Origin: Lingula anatina
Taxonomy: Eukaryota; Animalia; Brachiopoda
Direction: 5' to 3'
Length of the DNA stretch: 64,000 nucleotides
Assembly: GCA_051362555.1 (NCBI GenBank)
Contig: CM120648.1
Span: 8,614,587 to 8,678,586 of the forward strand
Positions 26,475 to 39,468 of this stretch are shown here, one piece after another (the stretch's first letter is position 1; the number at the start of each line of letters is the position of its first letter). The translations under genes were made by a program, and so were the position numbers. The notes below the pieces were generated by a model. It was not told where the DNA came from and did not search any database. It saw only the letters and a program-made list of their open reading frames with translations.

Positions 26475-28073
26475 TATCTATCTGTCTTGACTTGGGCATA
26501 TGATTTTATTCCACTGGTTTAAGATATATAGTAAAAGAGTAATGAAATACCACGTTTTTCAATGACATGAGTGTCTCTGTAACTGACACTTAAATATGTA
26601 TATACAAATCACACATACAATCCAATCACACTAAGGTATTGATACAGAGTGAGTATTTAGTTCTTTACAAGTCCATAATACAATTTTGAGGTTTTCCGCC
26701 ATTCTATTTGGAGACTGCTTAATTAACAATTAACTATAAAATACCTACCGCAACGTTTCTTAATAAAATCATGTTCTTTGTCGCGGACTAGATTTTCTGT
26801 CTTATAATGTAAATAGCAATGTAGTGTGGGTCTTTCAAAAGTGGCACCCTTGCACCTGATGTCACGAAGACATTCTTTTTCGCACTCATGAACGTTTGCC
26901 GTGCGCATTTCACGAAGGTTGGACCCATCGTTTCTGTATTCTGCTCGTATCGTTGAATAACAATCTAAAAGTAATGCATATTGGTATTTATTTTGTAAAT
27001 ACATACTGTTTGTTCATACAAATGCCCATGTCACAATCGAGAATATTTTTTATTCCCCATATTCAAATCAGAATCGACATATATTAACTAGTACACTGTA
27101 TACAATTACTAGAAACAAAAGTGCATATTGTCAGACTGGTTTGGATACTTCTAGTACACTTACACCTCGTAAGTCAATTAAAGATTGCATGCAAATTACT
27201 TACAATGCTGGCGCATGCAAATATAATTTCTGGTCACATTGCAGGGGGAGTTCTGCCAACCCCACTTTCCGTCGTTATACTTCAACGAAACGCATAGTCT
27301 CCCATTTCCACAATCTTGCTGGCCCGGGCTCCAATATGCCTCTTCAACATTATTCCCTAACACAATTAAATCTTAATTGTTTTTAATCCGTTGATGTGCC
27401 TTTGACTGAACCGATGATACTGATACTGATAATATTGGTGATTCCGGATTTTATGCTTTTTTAATAAGGAGTAGGCTACGTGGGTTAATTTTGGCTATAT
27501 CTACTCTGTTGAAAGTCGCGCTTTTGGTTAAATGAGGATATAACATTTTGAAATTTTTCAATTCACCCGATCGGCATACCTAATGAAATTTGAGTTAAAT
27601 TATCTGGCCGTTTCCCAGCAGGCATAGTGACGTTGGATCAACGTTGAAAACAGGTTGGTACGTTGAATTGACGTTGATCTACCTAAATTCAACGTAAAAT
27701 CAACGTTGATCCAGCCACGCCAAAACACCGTCATAATGTGAACGTTGTTTGATCTTCGTGATGCAAGACATGGATTGTAATTTAAAATATTAATTATTGA
27801 AAACGTGATACTTTGTTTATCAATACTGTAACTAACTTTATCAAAATAATAAAAAAAGGTGTTTTAAAGTTAAAGTGACAGTTGTTTTGTGTCTTTAGTG
27901 AACTAGTGAATTTTCTTAACTTGTTATTCAGAAATACATTCCAATAAACTTCCTTGCAAGGTCAGCTAACACTAGGATGAATAAGTCGCTGTAACTGTGA
28001 TTGAGTGAAGTTAACCAAGTTGACAGTTCTCGGTACCCTGTTATAGATAGACAGGTTGAGGTGGCCCTGACTT

Positions 28074-28123
<50 letters not shown>

Positions 28124-31100
28124 CTAAACCTTGGAAATTCTAACTTAAAGGCCATACATATATACCCTACATATATTTAGCCATCAAATATGTCGTACTG
28201 CTAAACACATCCAGGCTAAAAGAGTGAACCATGCTTAGGTGCAAAACATGCTAAGGAGCTAAATGCGTTGAAAAAATCAGACAAAGCAGGCACTTGGATA
28301 TTTTTACAGTGTACGTTATACATGTAATTGTGTACCTGTGTTTGTACCAAAAATAAAAACATTTCAGGTCATTTTAATGTCTTTTCATGCAAGAATGTTG
28401 TCTAACAACTGGGGTTGATACAATGTTGTTATCTAACGTTGATCCAACTTCCAAATCCAATGTTTATCCAACGTCTTATCAACGTTACGGTTCAACGTTG
28501 TTTCAACGTTAAAACAACATAATTTGCCCGCTGGGTTGTTTGTCTGTCCTTCCGTCTGTCTGTTTGTCTTTTCGTCTGTCTGTGTATCCGTCTGCCTGCC
28601 TGCCTGCCTGTACGTCTGCCTGTCTGTGTATCTGTCCTAATCGCAAGGACATAAGCATATAATTGCATACCATTTACAATGACCAACACTTCCAACGCAA
28701 CACTTGGCTTTATTGCAACACATGTCATTTTCTTACACTAAATATAACAATACACAACAGATATTAAGATTAAAATCAAAAACACACTTTGAGAGAATGA
28801 AGAGTAGTTTTCATTTGGTTTCAAATTCATTGCATCAGCTGAAGGCGCAATTCACCGAATTCGATATCTTGTATGGTCTTCTCTGGCGTCACGCACAGCC
28901 TGGATTCTGCGATGCATGGAGTCAATCAATTGCCGAATTTCAGCCTGTGTGATGCGGTCCCATTCCTCTTGGAGTGCTTGACGCAACTGTGGGACTGTGG
29001 CCGTTCTGGATCACGTCTTCTCACTCGGCGACCCAGAATATCCCATAGATGTTCTATAGGATTATAAATCTGGGGAATACACATGTAAAGCCTCTCTTCT
29101 GGTCCTCAAATCAAGTTCGGTCCCTTGGTTCTAAACTGTTTACCAGAGGCTCTGTTCTGGTCCTACACCTGTTAATGTCCATCATGACGTGTTCTAACGT
29201 GTTCCCCAAACGTGTCCTTGGCTGACTCTCTTTTGGGCCCCAAACTTTTTCTGCGGTATAGTCTTCATTTGGAAACCTGCCAGTATGACTTTCGGGGGAG
29301 GGGAGGGGATTAATTACTTGCAGTTAAGCAACTCAACTAACGGACATTTGGTTGATTCGCGAGATCAACGGACTATCTGGCTATTATTTCACAGCATAAA
29401 TGGAAAGATATAAATTGCAGAGTAACCTAGTGTCGCAAGGATACTACTTATAGTTATATATTCCCTTCATGCTCCCTCTTCCTCCCCCCCCCCCCTCCCC
29501 GGGCACTTGTAATTGATACTCCGTATCTTGATTAATGTGGAAGAATTGAAAGATGAAAAGAGCGCCCAGACGTGCTTTTGACAGGTCAGGTCACGAAGTA
29601 ACGGATACGGCATCTCAGGCTACAAAATATGGCTTCACAAGACAGTGAACAAACTCGAGAAATTCCCCTCTCCGACAAAATTCCGAGCATATATGGTAAC
29701 CCTGCTTCCTATATGTCTTTACAACAATTCAGTATCATTATACTGAATTCTATTACTGTTCTATTACTAATGTTGTATTCAACCATTTAAAAAAATTTAA
29801 TATTTGAAGAAAATTTTATTGCAGGATTTTACAATATCACTACTTTGCACCATTGCTATTATATGGCGCAGAGTACAGGTTCCAAACAGGTATACCTGCA
29901 AACAGTAAAATTGTTTGATATTAATAAAAATATAAACAATAATGTTGATCATAATAAGTAAACCACTCAGCAGTCTAATTGGCTACGGATTATTGCCAAG
30001 ATGTGTTTAGTTTATAACACTCTCCCCTAGTTCGGGACATTTACAGAATGTCTTGACCTCTCTCTCCCTCGTCATAAATCTGACATTTAAAATTAGTATT
30101 TCAATTCAGGATATTTACAGAAATGTGTGAACATTATATTAATTTGAGAAAGGGTATTTTACAGTGTTCGTAAATGTTACAAAGGAAATTACCAAAAATA
30201 TATAGATTTCCATATTGAGAAGACATGTTCCTCTACTCCCCCTCTCCAGATTTCCTGGCCCGAGGAGCAATATGTTTGTCCTAAGCTCTGAAGCTCTGAA
30301 CGCGCTTAATAGAAACCAGATGTGGAGATAGTAAGATTTTATTGCCCTAGCCAGACTACCGACTTTCCAATCTTACAGGTTGAAATTAGTGTGGGGGGGG
30401 GGGGTATATATCTTCTTAACCGAACCATGATAAAGTATATCAGTAGAAAGGTTCAACTTGACTTTTTTTTTAATTTCAAATCGTTATTTCATAACATAAT
30501 TTAGTTGCTATGCCCTTATGCCCCCTCCCACCCTGAACTCTTGTAATAAATATTCATTTTTTTTTTTCATATGAAAAATGAGAGCGTAAATTAACTTATC
30601 CCAACTGCTCACGTTTTGCATAACGTTTTTATGAATGTTTCACATTACTTTAAATAACTGCTGACGGCTTTCCCTATTAGAGGGTACAATAACATAAGCC
30701 AGTGAAAATTAATGGAACGTATCATATTCTTATTTCGATATTTATCTTAATATATGTGGCTCACATTATCACTTTTTGTTGAAAGTTTTCTCACATCGAA
30801 CTTAATTGGGTTGGAGTGTCTACATCTGTAGCGGTGCTTTAAAAGGTCATAAAGTGACCAATTTTTTTAGATAGCGTTATGCGGGACTTAGGTAACTTTT
30901 ATATAAACTGAAAATAATATACTGTAGATTGATTCACAACTCTGCCGCCGGTCGAATGCAAGCTCATAAGGACCTACCAAAATTAAATGCCCGTGTCTGG
31001 TGCGAGTCCTCACACATAATTATAAAACATAGCAAATTACAGTATTTTATTCCATAAGTCTTGGTTATAAAATTATCAAAGGCATTCCAATTATAATTGA

Positions 31101-34100
31101 CACATAAATTGTATTCATATTGTCATTTTCATCCACACAAGTGGATGCATATGTTACAGTGAAATAAACTAAACTAAACTAAACATAAACCATACCCCAA
31201 CCAAAAATTAATCCCTGACAAAGCTTAGATGTAACGAATTAACACAATCTTCCAACAATCTGCTTAAAAGCTCTAATTAGTATTGGCGCTCTTTTGAATC
31301 TTTCCCTTGAAGTGGTAAATTGAAACGGGGATGTTAGCCTTTAATTTTGCCCAAGGGAGAACGGCGTTGTGTAACAGTAAATTGCATTGGTATGCATACT
31401 TATACTACGTAGTTATACTGGATCTTTCCTCTACCATTAGTCCCTCAAATTTACTTTGGTCAGATCACTGGGATTTCATGATATTCCCTTCACTGTACGC
31501 TCCTAAAGCAATACAATTGGGATGCTACATGTAAGTTGTCATCCAGTAGCAAAACATCACTTGAACATTATCCGAATGATATGGGATATATAGCTTGTGA
31601 AAGCCTAGGTATAAATACCAACAAGGTATACAGCTCATCTCTAAACCAGACCCGTCAATCAAACACACATTATCTTCACTTGCGTCTTAGTTTAAATGCA
31701 GTCGAACAGGCTATAAATACGAATATATTGCGCGTTTATTTTAGATCCGCTGATTCGAAAATAATATAATCCATTTCTACTACTTGCACAAAACGCCTAC
31801 ATTTTGGTATTTTTATAGTGACCATACCTATACCCTAAATCCTGAAAATTGAAAAAAAAAATTCTGAAACAAAATGCGTGAATGAATAAAGTAGCTAGAC
31901 TATCCTTCATAGGGAGCTCTTTACATAAATTGCAGTATTAATAGATTTATAAAACGTATGTAGTAAAAAACCATTATACTGTGCCTATATAAGCTCTGAA
32001 TCACTATAGTTCTTGACAGTCCAGTGGACATTTAGGAAATTCACGGGAATAAACGCGTCCATATGAAAATAAGAGCTTATACTAACTTGAAACGGAATAA
32101 AGAACGAGTGAGTGAGTGAGTACACCCCCACTCCACACACACACACATGCACACAATCACCCACGAATGTAACTGTCTTGAAAACAAGAAGAAGAGAACG
32201 CCATAAACATTTCAGAAGTATTAGGCATCCTAAAGGTAGTCACGCAGCAAAACATGAGTGTTCTTTAAAAAATCTGAGAATATATTATAGCAAATATAAT
32301 ACAATTTAAATAATTGAAATGCATTTCTTTCCAACATTCAGTCTACGTACGTTTTTTGGTAGCCTCTCAAAGTTTTAAACCTCAAATATTGGAGACCATA
32401 ATAGAGTCAGCCAAGGACACGTTTGGGGAACACGTTAGAACACGTCATGATGGACATTAGCAGGTGTAGGACCAGAACAGAGCCTCTGGTAAACAGTTTA
32501 GAACCAAGGGACCGAACTTGATTTTAGGACCAGAAGAGAGGCTATACATACGCAGGCCAATCAAGACACTGAACATTATTCTGCCTCAGCTAGTCCGACA
32601 TGTGGTCTTGCCTTATCCTGTTGCAGCGCTAGGCGATAAGATTGACGAGTGGAACTGCGACAGGGGTCAGGATTTCGTCACGGTAACGGGCCGCATCGAG
32701 GTTTCCATCAATGAAAATGAGGTCTGTCTTGTGTCTACTGCTTATTCCAGCCCAAACCATTACACTGGGTCCACCCCACGCTGCAGGATGGTAGCGTCAG
32801 CGTAACGTTCCCGTCGCCTGCGCCAAACACGCAGTCTTACGTCAGCCACACTCAACTTGAACCTCGATTATTCTGAGAAGAGCCCCCTGTTCCACCTGAG
32901 ACCATTCCAGCCCAAATGTGCCCTTGACCATCGCAGCGAGTTGCAGGAGTCAACACCACACCACGTTGGATGTGCAAGTTGGCTTCGCGCAGACGGTTGC
33001 GTACGGTTTGGCCCCTAATCTGGTTCTGGTGACAACCTCTGGTCTGGGCAGCAGTGAATGTAACAGGCAGGAAGCGATTGCGTAGGTGCTGGAGGCGAAT
33101 ATGGCGATTCTTCTGAGGGGTGGTGACACTTGGTCTGGGGGCACGTGGTCAATCACTGGTGCTTCCTGTTTCACTATACCGGCTCCAGAGACGTGATATG
33201 GTCGCCATGTGGACACCAAGGTTCCTGGCAATGGCAACGTGTCTTCGCGACATTTCACCAATGAGCATACCAAGGGCTCTCTCTCGCTGATTTTGACCTA
33301 GGTGCTGCATGGTTACACGTTGACCCAGAAAAATGCAAAGGAATATTTAAATTGCCCATTGCCAGGCTAGTCAAATTTTGGAAGGATTGATCAGAGTTCT
33401 ACTCAACCTTGGCGGGAAAGGCAAAATTCTAAACAATGTGCTATCAAGCGGAACGAGCTGCCCACACGAAAAAATCAAAACAATTTTCTGAGCTTTTAAA
33501 GGTACATACGAACCGAGCATCGGTGGAGTGTGGATTCCCAGTAACACATGTAAACCACTTCTACTAGATTCTTATATGACTCAAATAATTTCGACATGCC
33601 AAGGGATAAACTGAATAGATCACTCGATCGGCCATAAAAGACCTTTAGACTGCTCCTTTCTTTAAATTTATGGTTGTAAATTTAACCTACTTCCGTGACC
33701 TACTTTCCTGCCCCATTGACATACAGCTTAGAATGCCAGCAGAAAAATCTGTTCAAACATCACTTTGGGGTAAAATTAAACAATGCCTTTTGGTAATTCT
33801 CTTAGTTATACTACTTGTAACTATATGCTGGCATTTGGTTGGTTTTTGTGACAAAAAATTGACTTTGTATGCATCTTTAAGGTGTAGTTGATATATATTA
33901 TATCATGACTCAAAACCAATATCCCATTTTATGTACATTAAATGTTTCAAAATTGTGTGTTGCGTTGGAAGTTTTGGTCCGTACAGATGTTTAAGTTCGA
34001 ATGTCTTACCTGACGGCCACTGCCAATGTTCAGTACGAAATCCTCTCCTTGCTCCTATCCAGAATTCAATATCTGCGTGATCATTCTTTGTTAAGATGGC

Positions 34101-37100
34101 TGAGATAAAATCATTCATGTACTGGTCGTGGATTTCTGCCAACATGCCATCGTATTGCTTTACACAATGTCTTGCTGCCTCGGACCACGTGAGATTATAA
34201 TCTTCGACGATATGAAAGGAATAGCCTATCTGGTATCTTGCTTGTGCTGAATTAGAAAAAATTAATTTCAATATAAGATGGACATTTTAAAACTATTTTG
34301 ATATGATATTTAAGGGCCGATAAAGATTGTGATAAAGATTGAGCTGCTAAGACGCTGAGCAGTAGATGCTGTAGACGTGCTTATATATGTGCTTGATTTT
34401 ACGACTGCTCCTTTTCGGGAGAGTTAAAAAAAAGGAGGGGGGGTAGGGTGAACCGTCGCTGACAAATGTGTTGCTGGAAGATCCCATATAACAATGTACA
34501 GTACCATCTAGTTTCACTGCATTCCTTGTCACTTAATATTACATGCAGGCGACTTAATGTGTGTGTCACAAATGCGACCATCTAACTGACGTAGATATGT
34601 GTTAGTGTTGTCGTGTTAGGAAGTGGCCACTTCCTTTGTCCAATTTGGCAAATGCAGGGAAGAACAAGCACTTGGCCAGACTACAGTATGTCATTACAAT
34701 CGCTTTATGTGGCAAGAGTACTTGGAAACATTTGCTCTAGATTTCGACGAGTTCCAGTCCAAATTGGACGCAAAGAACAACGATTTATATTATGCAAATC
34801 CTGACCGAAACATCATTTTGGTGCAGGGCTCCAGGCCCACGTAACCATAAAACACGGGTCGTGCAAGACGCTCTGCAACATATCAGTATCCAACATATTG
34901 GTTGACCTATATATTCGACAGGACAGACCTCCGTGTCATAGAATATGCTTTATATATGATTGGTAGGGCAGATTGGTAAAACTGATTCTGCATATTTCGG
35001 TGCAACATTGTTCATAAAGCCATTTGTGAAATAAAACTCATCGTGTGGTGTCTTTTCTTATAATGGAAACGCTCACTTTTAGATATGCTTATAATATGCT
35101 TTGGATGTGATTGGTAAAGCAGTGAACGAGAGGCAACCCCAAATGCAAAAATAAAATACAGACAACTCTAGCAGACGAGAAATGACAAGTGAAATAGGCT
35201 CCCAATACCAACTTTAAAGAATCTGCATTGTGGCAAGTTGCACTCTTTTTCCCCCCTGAATCCAGCACTAAAGGGGTTCAGTTTAGATTAATTATCAGAA
35301 TAAACAATCTCAGGGCAGACTATTCTTAAAAAGTTTTTAATTTATTGTTCTACCTTTACAGTCTTTTTAACGCTATGCAATTTTATATTTTTATTCAATT
35401 GTTAAAGGTGGTTATATCAATAAATGAATTAACTAACAATCCAGATTTTATTTTCATAATAAGCTATTTTAACCAGGTGGCATTGTTTGCTGTGTTAGCA
35501 TACTTTTTAGTCATGTGCGTGTTTATGTGTGTGTGTGCGTATTCAGTTAACCTACCATATTCGCAGCTGGTTCCGCTAAATCCAGAAACGCAGGTACAAG
35601 AATAGGAAAACAGCCCGTCTGTGCAGTTTCCGCCATTTTGGCACGGCCCGCTGGCACACTGGTCTACCGAGTCTGAATATTAACATAATTTAATAGTGTT
35701 ACTGCACTGATAAGTAACTTTTAAAATTTTGATTTAATTAATTTTTATTAAAGTACAGTACGTGTACGGACTTTCACAGGACAAAATTGTTCTGTTTTTG
35801 TCCCATCACTGTAATTTTTGTATTGGAATGAATGTCAAATTTCACTTTATTTTTAACGATAATGAATAAGGATGGAATAAACTAGTATTAATCCAAAACT
35901 ATTTGGCATAAGCCAAACATAGGAACTGTATAGGTATAAACTATAACGTGAATACGTGCATTTGAAAGAGAATGAAAGAGAGAAACTCACCTGTGTAGTC
36001 TTGTGCAATGCATTTATTCATGGCTTCTGTCGCGTCGGACGTACTAATCAATGTATCAAATAAAAACAGGCATCTCACGTATCCCATGAAACGGCTATTG
36101 GACGGAATGTTTTCGCAGTCCCCCGTATATTCCTCACCTGTGAATAAGTGATTGTATGTGTTATGGACTTGATGCAGCTAAGCTTGCGGGGCTGAGTGAA
36201 AACAAACAAAATAAATTAACAAGCCAACAAAGAAACAGATTGAAACATAACAAAATAAACCCACACCATGTAATTGAGCACCTGTTCAGCAGACCCCATT
36301 TACCTAACTAATTGAAACAATAAATTATTTAATAACGTTACAAATCAACCATTTTGCTTTCATGGTATCTGGGTAATTTTGGGTGCCTTTAAATAGTTGG
36401 TTCGCATGTCTACAAAACATTTGAACACCATTACCAATGATAATGTCTCCGGACATTTTAAACGGTCCTTCAATGGAGGTCAATTTTGCTGCAGTCGGAT
36501 AAGACGTACTGGTGCCGTAGCGTAGAGCCATAACCTGGCTGGGGGCGTCGTAAGTCAAAAACAACCAGGAATCCGAAGTAAAATTTATACTTCTCTCTGG
36601 AACGAATTTGTAGATGTCTACGGTTATGCGTACGCTTCTAATAAAAACAGTGCAAGAATTTTCTGCACAATATGTTCCCATAAGTCTTGCTTTTTTGTAA
36701 AATACGTGTATCTACAGTACCATTGGTGACCTGTCGAATTATAGAATGTTAATGTCATATCTTTTCTTTTACTGCTTATATATTAAAGTGTGTCCACAGT
36801 TCAAACATTAAGTGTAACGACTTATTTCTGGTGGACTGCATAGTCCAAATAAGTCAATTTAAACTTTGTTCACATTTTTTGTAATAAGAGTAAAACTGAA
36901 AACCGCCCATGTAGCAAACGGATGATATATTTTCTGGTTTCTTTGGATAACACAGTTGAGTAAATAAAGCGAACAGCAACCACCAAAAACGAAAAAAAAA
37001 ACAGTACGTTTTTTTTTTTTCAATTCCATTTTTTCTATTTTCTACCACATGCTTGCTTTTAAATAACGCTTATTTTACCCACCAGGTGTCTGTAGTAGTC

Positions 37101-39468
37101 TGTGACAGGACATACACGGTGTCATTGCTGTAATGGCGTACCCCCCGGTGTCGATGGAGAGGGTAAATCCACCGTCAAATTGGAAAATGACAAAGTCATC
37201 AGAATCGAAGTTGCCAAAATTATGATGGCGTAGTTTGATCCCCACTGAATTATTATAAAATCACAATTAGAAATGCAAAAAATAAATCAACAAAAAACTT
37301 AATACTTAAAATAGAATCAAAATACATGTCCGTTTGGTGTGTATTTTTGGAACATGCGGTTTCTTAATATCAACTTTAACTGTTAGTCTAGAAACGTGTT
37401 ACGATGTGTACACAATTAAGTACCACATTTTCGTCCCAATGAGAAAAAGGCATTCTAGTACTAGAAAGAAACACGCTAAACAGTATTGAAAAATACAACA
37501 GATAATCTTCGATACTAACTTATGATACTAAACGACCCAGTCATCTGGTATCGTCCCCCGTTAGCTATGGTCACGTCGCTAAAAGGCCACGAGAGAGAAC
37601 TGGCCAGATACCTGGACGTTTCGACATCATTAAGTAATGCATCATTGCCACTGTCGCTTTTGTCTGCTCCGAGCGTGTCTTTGTGGAGAGGCCAAAAGCC
37701 TCGGAGGCTTGCAGCTGTACCTGCAATACACACGGTACCACCAACACTTTCAAGCAAAAATGCTAAATTACCTATATGTAAGAACCCAAATATCACAGAA
37801 ACATGCTGAAAGTATCAATTCCTATTGAGTGAGGTTCTGTCAGTCATTTGCAGTTTCTATCAAGGTCACCATAGGTCAAGGTTATAGCTTAACTATAAGC
37901 TTAAACTATAGCTTAACTATAAGATCAAAACATTCAAAAATGTCATCATGGTAACATTTTGATAGCCCAGTGTCACAAAAACATATTTAAAGTATCAATT
38001 CTTACTAAGTGAGGCATTGCCTTCCATTTGAAATTTTTTCCTAAGGTCACCGAGGTCAGTGAGAAATACACCATCATTCCCCAAACATGTAATAAGCCGT
38101 CTTTGAAAATATAATATTATGATGTCAGTGGCCGCCCAAATGAAGGCTGGACGATCCTCTGTGTAAAGCTTTTCCCATTACCACTTTCAACGTCACAACA
38201 AGTAGACCCATTACATTAGCCACAGGATAGCAGTAAGATCCAATTAGAGTTGCCATTCTCCTAACTCACCTGGTGAATACCACAAGGTTCGGATCATGCC
38301 TATATATTGGTTTCCAGATTTAGCAGGTAATATGGGAACAAAGGACTACTATTTTAATGTTAAAACACTGGTGAGCGCACCCCATAAAACAGCACCTTCC
38401 AGCCTTGTCGCCCAGAACACACATTTTTACTAGGGTGTGTACTTGCGGTCAAGGATGTGCTCCCTGGCAAATGACTTGCATTTACTTGCAATATCCTAAA
38501 GACCAAGCAGCGGGATGTTCAGGACACCAGATGAAGAAATGACACTCCAAAGAGTTTTAACAACAAAGAGATGTCCTCGCGCAAGATAACTTACTGATCT
38601 GCCACTCAGTATCTTATTCAATGAATCAACAGCACAGGAAGAGGATAGCTTTCAGCCTCATCCATCCGTGATGGGGTTTCTTATTGAAACCACCAAGAAT
38701 CAGCACATGGCACTTTTAACAACTTACATTGATGGCTGGTCTTTGATGGTCGTATAAGCAACCAAATACAGTTACTGAATAAATGTGCCAGTAAACATGC
38801 TATCAATCCTCTCTTCAATGTCACACAGTTACTCTCAAGTGGATAATACTGGTAAATACACATGACCAGAACGTTTTAGGTCAATCATTTGACAGACAAG
38901 AAGAGAGCCGATGCCTATAATATGTATTGGAATAAAGTACCTACCCCTGTACATCTAACCACAATGGGCCGGGCGTTCCATAAAAGGTAACGCTTGCCAT
39001 GGACAATAGGGATGTATATTTTTCTCTTAAACTGTCTTTTGGGTGGTATTTTGATCACCGTAATATCAATTTTTTTTTAATAAAGTTTCATGATGGCCTG
39101 GCAATTACAGTAGGTCATGCTTGGTTCTCTTGTGACTAAACATTGTTACAGTCAAATAATTGGCAGTGCCTTACAAGGAATTGGCTTACTTAGATATATA
39201 AACATTTTAGGCATTTTCGCTTGAAAAGCCAATAACCATGTACTTGCATCATAACTTTGACCTCTGGTAACCTTAAATTACATGTACTTGCACCCGATCG
39301 GTGATTCCTCACTTAGAAAGAATTGGCACTTAACAAACAATGACATTGGGTTACCAAGATAAGATACCATGGCATTTGTTACTTACAGTTTCGGCAAATT
39401 GACAGACTGAACACTAACGCCAGCAGGGATATCCACGGTACACCTCCTCTTTTTAGCCTCACTGCCAT
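21711..39468 (-). CDS. Multi-lectin mucin-like type I membrane protein, paralog A (~1200 aa): SP-LamG-CTL-PAN-CTL-like-degenerate SUEL-Thr-rich mucin-Sushi-Sushi-TM-basic tail
   Basis: In-frame exons, 5'->3' on minus: 39468-39387 (signal [27 protein letters not shown]); 37720-37520, 37244-37079, 36637-36435, 36137-35991 (LamG-like, LRGFWPL...[11 protein letters not shown]); 34246-34010 + 27356-27204 ([22 protein letters not shown]...C..NYIC); 26964-26749 ([24 protein letters not shown]); 26298-26173 + 25399-25298 (CTL-like); 24825-24529 (SUEL-like, AMYGR); 23930-~22872 (mucin + Sushi); 22695-22504 (Sushi); 22138-21711 (TM + tail). The Sushi donors and a possible small exon between 25400 and 26170 are uncertain. 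Confidence 0.85.
23270..23830 (-). repeat. Coding minisatellite: 63-bp (21-aa) mucin repeat built from 21-bp subunits
   Basis: [21 protein letters not shown] repeated roughly 7-8 times in paralog A. Paralog B (46640-46870) has a shorter, less regular TETTPTV array. Confidence 0.92.
24295..24390. repeat. Degenerate 15-bp intronic minisatellite (aatggtagtcctagg-like)
   Basis: About 5 degenerate units. A paralogous copy sits at 47370-47465. Confidence 0.65.
27614..28535. mobile_element. Non-autonomous EnSpm/CACTA(CMC)-like DNA transposon (~920 bp)
   Basis: Termini CCCAGCAGGCA ... TGCCCGCTGGG with many subterminal CAACGTTG palindromes. The 2-bp TSD (TT) is shown by the empty site in paralog B (ggccgtttgtttgtctg at ~50550). 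Confidence 0.8.
29084..32548. mobile_element. Unclassified 3.47-kb non-autonomous TIR element (TGT...ACA, ~146-bp TIRs, 6-bp TSD)
   Basis: 29084-29229 is the near-perfect reverse complement of 32403-32548. Flanked by TACACA / TACGCA; removing the element and one TSD copy restores the Tc1 codons W-P-A-Y-S-P-D. No recognisable transposase ORF inside. Confidence 0.85.
33500..33876. mobile_element. TTAA-targeting MITE (Kolobok-like), copy 1, nested in the Tc1
   Basis: TTAA|AGGTACATAC ... GTATGCATCT|TTAA. Reverse-complement homolog at 59131-59511. Confidence 0.8.
34330..34857. repeat. Repeat-derived filler at the position where paralog A lacks two exons
   Basis: 34345-34470 (tttacgactgctccttttcgggagagttaaaaaaaggaggggg..gtcgctgacaa) matches ~60005-60110, indicating an interspersed repeat. 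Confidence 0.55.

Larger units (their letters stand above)
28678..33986 (-). mobile_element. Decayed Tc1/mariner transposon, interrupted by two nested insertions
   Basis: TIRs gaccaacacttccaacgcaacac (~28681) / gtgttgcgttggaagttttggtc (~33957-33979). Frameshifted transposase: [63 protein letters not shown] (33300-32550), continuing [18 protein letters not shown] and [25 protein letters not shown] (29080-28870). Absent from the paralogous intron of B. Confidence 0.9.

Noticed and set aside
27614-28535. Recurring CAACGTTG palindromes resembling a CRISPR-like or binding-site array
   Set aside because: Irregular spacing, confined to the subterminal regions of a TIR element with a TSD, in a eukaryotic context.
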